This document shows positions 57,167-64,000 of a DNA stretch of 64,000 bases, in pieces; positions within the stretch are counted from its first letter, which is position 1, and each line of letters begins with the position of its first letter. The notes beneath the pieces are model-generated. The model searched no databases. It was not told the origin of the DNA and was given only the letters and a program-made list of their open reading frames with translations. The stretch comes from Candidatus Micrarchaeota archaeon (GTDB lineage: Archaea > Micrarchaeota > Micrarchaeia > Anstonellales > Bilamarchaeaceae). A program made the position numbers and the translations under genes. The stretch is from positions 74,440 through 138,439 of the forward strand of contig JBFMEZ010000025.1 in NCBI GenBank assembly GCA_040753215.1. The letters are read 5' to 3'.

Positions 57167-57274
57167 CAGAGAAAACGCGGGGGAAGCGTCCCCCCCATTT
57201 TCTTCTATCTCTCTGACCCCCCTCAACTTCGCATCAAAATTCTTCTGACTTCTTCTTACGCTCCTAGCCGTCAT
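57167..57274 (-). mobile_element. Gene-end element (variant A) between L18a and pfdA
   Basis: GCGTAAGAAG...GAGGGGGGTCAGA...GGGGGGGACGCTTCCCCCGCGTTTTCTCTG|GAA AAG GTG GGA TGA versus resident GAG AAG GTG GTC TAG. Confidence 0.8.
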
Positions 57275-57451
57275 CTAGACCACCTTCTCCACGTTCTCGA
57301 CCTTTATCATGCTCCTCGGTATCCCGTTCGCCGCCCCGAGCAGCATGTAGGCCTTCTCCACCGCGAATTTCTCGGTGCCTGCCTCGACCTCCTTGGCGAA
57401 CTTTCTCCACTCCCTTCCAAGCCTCATCGTCCCGCTTACCCTGAATTTCAT
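57275..57451 (-). CDS. rpl18a: Ribosomal protein L18a (LX)
   Basis: Manual translation MKFRVSG...FAKEVEA..EKFAVEKAY..LG. Confidence 0.85.
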   Translation of the reverse strand: MKFRVSGTMRLGREWRKFAKEVEAGTEKFAVEKAYMLLGAANGIPRSMIKVENVEKVV

Positions 57452-57487
57452 ATTTTCACCCTATTCCATCTATGAATCACTATTTCC

Positions 57488-57808
57488 TCATCCCACCTTT
57501 GCCCCTTCGCCCACATCCCTGTCCACCGTCAGCAGCACAACCCCTTTATCGTCCCATGCCGCCAGCAGCATCCCCTGCGATTCCAGCCCCATCATCTTTT
57601 TCGGCTCCAGGTTTGCTAGCACCACTATCTTCTTCCCCACAACCTCCTCAGGCGCATAGTCCTTCCCGATTCCGGCGACCAGCTGCCTCCTTTCCGTTCC
57701 GAGGTCCACATCCATCCTCAGGAGCTTCTCCGAGCCCTGGACCCTCTCCGCGGCGGCCACCCTCCCGATGCGCATCTCCAGCCTGGCGAAATCCGCATAG
57801 CTTACCAT
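57488..57808 (-). CDS. tRNA-binding OB-fold protein (MetRS C-terminal/CsaA-like)
   Basis: DFARLEMRIG, KLLRMDVDLG, LANLEPKKMMGLESQGMLLA. Confidence 0.9.
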   Translation of the reverse strand: MVSYADFARLEMRIGRVAAAERVQGSEKLLRMDVDLGTERRQLVAGIGKDYAPEEVVGKKIVVLANLEPKKMMGLESQGMLLAAWDDKGVVLLTVDRDVGEGAKVG

Positions 57809-57812
57809 AGCC

Positions 57813-58487
57813 CTACCCCAGGAAGCCCAGCGCCTCCTCGGCCCTACCCATCTCAAAGGCGCTGGTGCCCTCTCCGGCCACATATCCCCGGTCGTTGGCG
57901 AGCATGCACACCGAAACGAACCCCGTCCCCATGTTTGCGGTGCCTTTCGCACCCTTCACCCTGAAGATCCTTTCCAGTTCCCCCACTTCCTCCTCATTCG
58001 CCCCGTAGTGCACAAGGAATCCCCTGTTGGTGGCAACGCAGAGCGAACCGACGGTGGCGTATCCTCCGATGTGCATCGGCACCAGCTCCACCCCGAGGCA
58101 TTCCTCCATCCTTCTCCTCTCCGCCGCATGCACGTGCACGCTGATTATCCCGCCCCTGTCGTTCACGGCGATGTTGTTCCCGTGCGCGTTCAGCTTCTCC
58201 CCGCTCGCGTAAACCTCCAGCCCGGTTTCAACCCTGAGCTTTCCCATGAGCGCCCCGTCAAACCGCGGCATGACAATCCCGCGCGAATTCATCGCCGCGT
58301 AAATACCGTTCAGGCTGCTCCCCCCCATGCCGCAAACCACCCCCCTGGTCCCGAGCGCGCCGCATACCCTGTGCACAAAGTTCGCGGAAGCGCCCTCCGG
58401 GAATATGGTGTGCGAGTTGTTCGTGGCCGCGAATATGCCGATGAACGGGTTTCCGTAGTAGGCGGCCTTCCTGTGCTCGAGCGTCAT
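57813..58487 (-). CDS. Translation initiation factor 6
   Basis: GNPFIGIF, GNNIAVND, VGS..VATNRG.LVH, GTANMG. Confidence 0.9.
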   Translation of the reverse strand: MTLEHRKAAYYGNPFIGIFAATNNSHTIFPEGASANFVHRVCGALGTRGVVCGMGGSSLNGIYAAMNSRGIVMPRFDGALMGKLRVETGLEVYASGEKLNAHGNNIAVNDRGGIISVHVHAAERRRMEECLGVELVPMHIGGYATVGSLCVATNRGFLVHYGANEEEVGELERIFRVKGAKGTANMGTGFVSVCMLANDRGYVAGEGTSAFEMGRAEEALGFLG

Positions 58488-58882
58488 TTCTTCTCTTCCT
58501 TCTCCGGCCCTTTTTTGGATGCCTCCTTCCCTTTTTCCGGCGCTTCCTTCCCGTGCGCCTCTTTCGGGGCTTCCTCGGGCTCCTTCCCCTTTTTCTCTTC
58601 CTTCTTCGCCTCCTTCTTTTCCTCCGGCTTCTCGTCTATGAGGTAGGCCCTCACAACCCCCGCCTCCTTCACAGCCCTCATCTTCACCTTCCTGGGCGGC
58701 TTCTGCATCCCCCTCCGGAAAAGCAGCTCATTCGCCTTTTCGCTTATCTTCACGTCCTCCGCCTTCATGTGCCTTGAGAGGAATGAGCGCACGATCTTAA
58801 CGGCCCTCCTTGCCCTCCTCACCCTGGAGTAATCGTACGCCTTTCCCAGTGGTATCGTATAAATCCTTTCAAGCTCAGCCAT
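58484..58882 (-). CDS. rpl31e: Ribosomal protein L31e
   Basis: ERIYTIPL, RRARRA, RHMK, RG..KPP. Confidence 0.95.
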   Translation of the reverse strand: MAELERIYTIPLGKAYDYSRVRRARRAVKIVRSFLSRHMKAEDVKISEKANELLFRRGMQKPPRKVKMRAVKEAGVVRAYLIDEKPEEKKEAKKEEKKGKEPEEAPKEAHGKEAPEKGKEASKKGPEKEEKK

Positions 58883-58894
58883 GCTCTCACTCCT

Positions 58895-58976
58895 CCCTAA
58901 AACGCGGAGGGGAGCGCCCCTCCCCATTTTGAGGGTTCATTCTGACCCTCCCCCATCTCCCCTTTCCATTGCTTTG
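58895..58976 (-). mobile_element. Gene-end element (variant A) with exact 15-bp flanking direct repeat
   Basis: CATGCTCTCACTCCT at 58880-58894 and 58977-58991; body near-identical to 22531-22615. Confidence 0.9.
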
Positions 58977-58983
58977 CATGCTC

Positions 58984-59142
58984 TCACTCCTTAATCCTCA
59001 GCTTGCTGGTCCTCCATTCCCTTCTCCTGTTGTTCCAGAGGACCTTCCTTTTGGTCCTCACGGTGACGAATATCGGCATCCTCCTGTTCTGCCTGCCCGC
59101 CTTCGCGAGCCTTCTCTTTTTCAGTCCGCTCTTCTTTCCCAT
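58984..59142 (-). CDS. rpl39e: Ribosomal protein L39e
   Basis: Manual translation KKRRLAKAGRQNRRMP...RRREWR. Confidence 0.9.
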   Translation of the reverse strand: MGKKSGLKKRRLAKAGRQNRRMPIFVTVRTKRKVLWNNRRREWRTSKLRIKE

Positions 59143-59151
59143 ATGAACACC

Positions 59152-59433
59152 CTACTTGAACACGATCTTCGTTTCCCTTTCGCCCCCGCGCATCATCCGC
59201 AGAAGGGCAAGCACTTCCGCATCCCCGAGCTTCTTCCCGCCCCTCTTCGCGTACGCGAGAACCTGCCTCGCGGCAGCGGCATACAGCTCCGGCTTCGCAA
59301 GCCTCACGTTCATGAGCCGCTCATACGCTTCCGGGGTGAGGCAAAGGCGTAGCGCCGCTTTCAGCTGCGCCTCCATCCTTTTCGCTTCCAGGAGCCTTTC
59401 CTCTTCGCTCCCGGCTCCCTCCTCTTCGCCCAT
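59152..59433 (-). CDS. PDCD5-like DNA-binding protein
   Basis: LTPEAYERLMNVRLAKPE; synteny S19e-PDCD5-L39e. Confidence 0.9.
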   Translation of the reverse strand: MGEEEGAGSEEERLLEAKRMEAQLKAALRLCLTPEAYERLMNVRLAKPELYAAAARQVLAYAKRGGKKLGDAEVLALLRMMRGGERETKIVFK

Positions 59434-59436
59434 ATA

Positions 59437-59570
59437 AGTCCCCAGTTTCTATATCGCTTCGCGATAACTCCATGTTGCCTCGGCAACAACTGGCGAAGTT
59501 CTGCGGAACTTCACCATGGCAGAAACCCCCCGGGTTTCCGCCATCCGGTTCCCAGTCCCCGGTTCCGCGC
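59437..59570. repeat. Four-hairpin repeat between rps19e and PDCD5
   Basis: Near-identical to 40795-40910. Confidence 0.9.
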
Positions 59571-59984
59571 TCAGCCGCCCTTTATCGCGGTTGCTGCTTT
59601 GTCAAGCAGCGCCCTCCCTTTCGGGGTCAGTTCCCTCCCTTTCCTGGCCTTCCTCATGAGCCCGGCCTTCTCAAGCGCCTGCATGGCCTTCCTTATCGTT
59701 GAGCCCCCGGCGGGCCTGTGCTTCTGCGGCTTCACGCCCCTTCCCTTCCTTCCGCCGTAGTGCCTCCTCAGCCTCTGCACCCCGGTCCCCGGGTTCACGT
59801 ATGCCTGCCTCATGACCGAGGCGCACCTCACAAACCAGAAGTCAGGGTCCTCGGGGGGCCTCTCGGCGTGGGCGCCGCTCTTCACTATTCCCACGAACGC
59901 GGGCCTCTCTATCCCCATCTCCCTGAGCCTTCCGGCCACTTCCTTCACGAGCCTGTTCGGCTCCACGTCATAAGCTCTGACCAT
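59571..59984 (-). CDS. rps19e: Ribosomal protein S19e
   Basis: VKSG...ERPP....W..R.AS..R, YGG, LTPKG. Confidence 0.95.
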   Translation of the reverse strand: MVRAYDVEPNRLVKEVAGRLREMGIERPAFVGIVKSGAHAERPPEDPDFWFVRCASVMRQAYVNPGTGVQRLRRHYGGRKGRGVKPQKHRPAGGSTIRKAMQALEKAGLMRKARKGRELTPKGRALLDKAATAIKGG

Positions 59985-60077
59985 ATATCCACCTTATCCT
60001 GTATCGCAACTCTCTAATAAGCTGGAATTGTAAGTCAATATATTCTGTCGTTTCCTATTTAAACCTTACAGATTCGC

Positions 60078-61994
60078 TCAGATGAATTCCGAGAGCCCGT
60101 CCACCGTGGTAATGGTGACCTTCCCGTTCTCCAGCTTCAGGTCCATCTCCGCCCTCGAGAGCGGCTCCATGGAATCCAGGAACCTCCTCTTCTCCTCCTC
60201 GTCCTCAAAAACGAGTATGAGGTGCTTGTCCGTGTTGAAATATTCGGTGCTCACCACGAACCTGTCAAGCTCGAACCCTCCCCACGCGTCCCTGAACTTC
60301 TCGCCCGAGAGGACCAGCGCATCCCTCGCCTTCCTCTTCATTACGTTCTTCCTCACGTCCCCCCATCCGCGCAGCTGGTAGTAGTCCCCGTACCTCTCCA
60401 CGAGCCCCCGCTCCTCCATCTTCTTCATCAGGCTCTCCACGTCCCCGTCATACATGTCCGCACCGTCGGTCATGTTCTTCTTGAAGCTCTGCATCAGCTC
60501 CTTCAGCGAAACGGGCACGTCCTTCCACCCGCAGCTCTTCTCCACGTCCCGTATCGCATCCACCACCTGCCCGGGCGCAACCCACACCGTGTTGGCCTTC
60601 TTCTTCCCCATCTTCTCTATCCTCAGCGTATAAACCGGCCTCCTCCTGATGCTCGCATAAACGTAAACCCCCGCGATTACCGCGAGCCCTGGCACCAGCC
60701 ATTTGAGGTAAACGTCGAACAGCCCCTCCTCCTTCTGGCTGTACGGTATGGTCTCCACATACTCGAGGTACCTTACCCTGAAGTTGTTCTCCCCCGCCCT
60801 GAGCCTCGCGGGGACCGCCATCTGCCCGTCGGCTATTGAGAATTCCCTCTCCTCGTCCCCGTCCATCGAGACGGCCGCCCTGCCGCTCTTGACCGGTACG
60901 CCGTCCACAGTCACGTTGAATATCACCCGCACGTCCCTCACGTCGACTATGCTTACGTCTATCCTCTTCACGTGCATGTGCGCGGAGCCCAGCATCCCGG
61001 AGCTATCGTAAACCCAGAATATGTAGTCCCCCGGCTCCTCAAACTCGAACGTATAGTAGAACACCTTCTCGCTCCCCACGTACCCAAGCTCCTCCGCGGC
61101 TATCTGGTCGCCTTCCCTCTCCAGGGTGTAGAGCACCTTCCCCGCGCTCTGGTTGACCGTGAAGAAAAGCTCCGCCTTCTCCCAGGGGTATATGCTCGGC
61201 GTTACGGTCACCTCTATCGGCTCCATCGGCATCCTCTGGGAGTCGATTATGCCCTTCTGCCCGCCCGCCTCGTAGATGAACCTGTAGTATCCCCCGTGCC
61301 CGAGCGGGACGAACAACGTTTTCCTGCCGGAGAACGAGGAGAATGCGAAATCCGACTCCGCGCTCTCAGCCCACTCGTTCTTCAGGATCTCCTCCGCCAG
61401 CTCCTCCGGCTCCCCGCGCGCGTCCAGGAAGTCGCCCAGCTTCATCTCCCTAACCACGAGCTTCTCCCTGCTCTCGTTGTCCAGCTGCGCGAGCCAGTAG
61501 TCCTGCCTTAGTTCCCTCGACAGGACGAAATCCGTCTTCCCTATGTACACTATCCTGTTGTCGCGCGAATGCAGCGCGCCCAGGTCGTCCAGCACATACC
61601 TGGGCATCGCCCCGCTGGGTATGATTATGACGCTCTCCCTGATGGCCCTCAGGTCCGCGGCGCTCACCACCTGCACGCTCATCCCGTACTGCTCAAGCCC
61701 GCTCATCCTCTCAACGAATTCCCCGAACCTGTTCGTCGTCTCATCGTCTATCCCTTCCTCGCTTAATACCGCAACAGAGGTTTTCGGCTTCTCTCCCAGC
61801 GCGACGAGCCTCGCGCTCCCGCTCCCGTTGGCCAGGAAAAGGTAGTATGCGTCCACTCCCGCCCTGCCCCCCTTTATGGGCTGCACGAACCCGGTGGGCG
61901 CCTGCTCCTCCTTCGTGCCGAGCAGCGTCATCGCTATTGTAGCCGCAAGGAAAAGCGCAACTATCCCCAGCATTATCAGCTTCCTGCCGGCCAT
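60078..61994 (-). CDS. Hypothetical membrane-anchored protein, 638 aa
   Basis: N-terminal signal/TM, second TM WLVPGLAVIAGVYVY, host-like codons. Confidence 0.75.
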   Translation of the reverse strand: MAGRKLIMLGIVALFLAATIAMTLLGTKEEQAPTGFVQPIKGGRAGVDAYYLFLANGSGSARLVALGEKPKTSVAVLSEEGIDDETTNRFGEFVERMSGLEQYGMSVQVVSAADLRAIRESVIIIPSGAMPRYVLDDLGALHSRDNRIVYIGKTDFVLSRELRQDYWLAQLDNESREKLVVREMKLGDFLDARGEPEELAEEILKNEWAESAESDFAFSSFSGRKTLFVPLGHGGYYRFIYEAGGQKGIIDSQRMPMEPIEVTVTPSIYPWEKAELFFTVNQSAGKVLYTLEREGDQIAAEELGYVGSEKVFYYTFEFEEPGDYIFWVYDSSGMLGSAHMHVKRIDVSIVDVRDVRVIFNVTVDGVPVKSGRAAVSMDGDEEREFSIADGQMAVPARLRAGENNFRVRYLEYVETIPYSQKEEGLFDVYLKWLVPGLAVIAGVYVYASIRRRPVYTLRIEKMGKKKANTVWVAPGQVVDAIRDVEKSCGWKDVPVSLKELMQSFKKNMTDGADMYDGDVESLMKKMEERGLVERYGDYYQLRGWGDVRKNVMKRKARDALVLSGEKFRDAWGGFELDRFVVSTEYFNTDKHLILVFEDEEEKRRFLDSMEPLSRAEMDLKLENGKVTITTVDGLSEFI

Positions 61995-61996
61995 CT

Positions 61997-63508
61997 TTAC
62001 CCCTTCCCTATTCGGCTACCCCTCAGCCAGTCCAGATCATTCTTATAGAACGTCCTTATATCCGCAAGCCCTTCCATGAGCATCATCGGCCTTTCCAGGC
62101 TCAGCCCCCACGCAAGCACCGGATAAACGCCGCAGAGCGGCTTCGTCATCTCGGGCCTGAATATCCCGGCCCCGCCAAGCTCCATCCAGCCCCCGGTTCC
62201 CGGCGAACCAAACCTCCGCTCCTCCTTCCCTTCAGTTGCTCTGGAGGTTTGGTTCGGTTCCCCGTTTCCGGCTTTCCGCTCAAAAAATACCTCTATCTCC
62301 AGGCTCGGCTCCGTGTACGGGAAATAGCTCGGCCTGAACCTTATCTTCTCAAACCCCAGCCTGCTGTAGAACTCCTTCAGCAATCCGAGAAGGTGCCTGA
62401 AGTTCGCCCCGTCCCACGCCACTATGCCCTCCACCTGGTGGAATTCCGCAAGGTGCTTGAAGTCCGTCGCCTCGTTCCTGAACACCCTTCCCACGCAGAA
62501 GTATTTTTTCCCCTTCCCCCCGCTTTTCCTGAGCGTCTCATCCAGCTTCGCGAGGTACCTCGCGCTCACCGCGGTCGTGTGTGTGCGCAGAACCATCTTC
62601 CGTGCCTCTTCCGCGCTCCATGGGCATTTCCATCCTTCCTCATGGCTCTTCTTCACCTTCTCTACTATTTTCCTGTCCGGCAGCTCCCCGTCCATTTCCA
62701 GATAGAAAGTGTCCGCCAAATCACGGGCAGGGTGGTCCTGCGGCTGGAACAGGGCATCGAAGTTCCAGAACGCGCTCTCGACCATGGGCCCCTCCATCTC
62801 CTCGAATCCCATCTCTATGAAAATCCTCCTTATCCTTTCCGTCATCCGCGTCAGCGGGTGCATCTTGCCCACCGGCTCATCAGCCGCCGGCGCGACCGCA
62901 TATGGGCTGAACTCCGCGCCCTTCCACTTCCCGCTCACGATAATCCCATGCGTCAGCTCGCCGATCTCCTCCCCCATCCCGCCGATTCCCTTCGCCTCCC
63001 CCTCGCCCTTTTTTGTGAGCGCCACGAGCATCTTCCTGTGTTCGCTCTCCAGGAGCAGCCCCCTCCCCACGAGGGTTTCCAGTTCCCGGTTTCCCGTTTC
63101 CAGCTTCTCCGGCTCCCTCGCCGCCTTCTCAAGCGCATACTCCCCCGGCTTCCTGACCGCCTTTACCCTCCCGTTCTCAATCGCAATCCAGCCGTTCTTC
63201 TTCGCCCACATCACCCCTATTCTTTTTTCTTCTTCACTCAGTTCCCCCACCGCCTTCCCGCCCTTCGCCGCAACCCTCACTTCCGGGAACCCTTCCCTCA
63301 AAAACCGTTCGCACTCCGCGCTCCTCGCATATTCTTTCGCGGCCCTCTCCTCCACTTCCACAAGCCCCTTCTCCTGCAGCCAGAGCGCCGCCCTCCTGAA
63401 CGCGTCCAGCTCTCCGGGCCCCTTCGCAAGGGCTTCCAGGCCGTGGCTGCCGGCTCCGGCATCCAGAAGCCTCTTCAGCAGAATCTTTTCCGTCCTGTGG
63501 AGTATCAT
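61997..63508 (-). CDS. pheS: Phenylalanine--tRNA ligase alpha subunit
   Basis: FWNFDALFQPQDHPARD, LRTHTT, FRNE..D..HLAEFHQVEG, YFPYTEPS, GGAGIFRPE. Confidence 0.95.
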   Translation of the reverse strand: MILHRTEKILLKRLLDAGAGSHGLEALAKGPGELDAFRRAALWLQEKGLVEVEERAAKEYARSAECERFLREGFPEVRVAAKGGKAVGELSEEEKRIGVMWAKKNGWIAIENGRVKAVRKPGEYALEKAAREPEKLETGNRELETLVGRGLLLESEHRKMLVALTKKGEGEAKGIGGMGEEIGELTHGIIVSGKWKGAEFSPYAVAPAADEPVGKMHPLTRMTERIRRIFIEMGFEEMEGPMVESAFWNFDALFQPQDHPARDLADTFYLEMDGELPDRKIVEKVKKSHEEGWKCPWSAEEARKMVLRTHTTAVSARYLAKLDETLRKSGGKGKKYFCVGRVFRNEATDFKHLAEFHQVEGIVAWDGANFRHLLGLLKEFYSRLGFEKIRFRPSYFPYTEPSLEIEVFFERKAGNGEPNQTSRATEGKEERRFGSPGTGGWMELGGAGIFRPEMTKPLCGVYPVLAWGLSLERPMMLMEGLADIRTFYKNDLDWLRGSRIGKG

Positions 63509-63531
63509 CACTGCTCCCTCTTTTTCCTCGC

Positions 63532-63650
63532 CAAGACAAAACGCGGAGGGGGGCGCCCCTCCTCATTTTTTCCTGGATGGTGAAATTCCGCAGAATTTCG
63601 CCAGACATCGCCGCAGCGATGCAGATTTTCTGATCCTCCCCCCACTTCAC
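63532..63650 (-). mobile_element. Gene-end element (variant A) with nested inverted hairpin repeat
   Basis: GTGAAGTGGGGGGAGGATCAGAA...GAGGAGGGGCGCCCCCCTCCGCGTTTT; tail ARKKREQ* (63508-63531) versus resident ARKRKSGG* (63651-63677). Confidence 0.8.
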
Positions 63651-64000
63651 TCATCCTCCGCTTTTCCTCTTCCTCGCTTGTAGATAGAAATACGAGCCCG
63701 CCACTATCAGCACGAGCAGCAGCGCGGGTACCCCCTGCGGGCCGCGCAGGAAACCGTAAAGTTCCGTCCTCGCGCCTATGAAGAAGCCGACCACCTCCTG
63801 GTCCAGGCTCTCCTCCTTCTCGAATATGAGCGAGAAGTGCGCGAGCACCTCGTTCTGCCAGCTCATCTGCACCCTCCCGCCACTCTCGGCGCTCTCCTCC
63901 GGCAGCGGGCTCACGTAGAGCACCTTCGCCCCCTGCGGCAGCTCGAAGGTGATCCTCTGGTTCTCCCCCAGTATGACATCCCCGAGCTCGCTCGTCTCGA
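63651..64000 (-). CDS. C-terminal part of a membrane-anchored protein (runs off window)
   Basis: Open frame to the window edge, C-terminal TM helix and basic tail. Confidence 0.65.
   Translation of the reverse strand, partial: ETSELGDVILGENQRITFELPQGAKVLYVSPLPEESAESGGRVQMSWQNEVLAHFSLIFEKEESLDQEVVGFFIGARTELYGFLRGPQGVPALLLVLIVAGSYFYLQARKRKSGG

Noticed and set aside
8341..59570. Repeats as a CRISPR array
   Set aside because: Copies are dispersed rather than regularly spaced with unique spacers, and no cas genes are present

Overview
Archaeal chromosomal window (TFE, aIF2-alpha, aIF6, L44e, S27e, Nop10, GINS, FEN1, RadA, prefoldin, archaeal ThrRS and TPI). A DPANN lineage, probably Micrarchaeota, is my inference from gene content and paralog families, not from a search. 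It holds mostly housekeeping genes, 4 tRNA genes (one with a 136-nt intron), a RadA intein, two toxin-antitoxin pairs and a bacterial-type sigma-70 homolog. The most striking signal is non-coding: 12 copies of a related 70-240 bp hairpin-bearing element, all oriented on the minus strand, each ending directly against conserved host sequence. Where it sits at a gene 3' end (secF, tRNA-Gly, GINS, tRNA-Thr, FEN1, L18a, L39e, the gene before pheS) that end is duplicated, and in the protein cases the translated copy is usually synonymously recoded or diverged relative to the displaced copy. Elsewhere it sits in sequence removed by processing (three tRNA 5' leaders, one class III signal leader). No transposase, integrase or reverse transcriptase is encoded in the window. 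Also present: a multi-hairpin repeat that has entered a tRNA intron and protein N-termini, a heptamer repeat translated inside proteins, two IS200/IS605-type miniature elements and a probable remote DGR target gene. All alignments and counts were done by eye.
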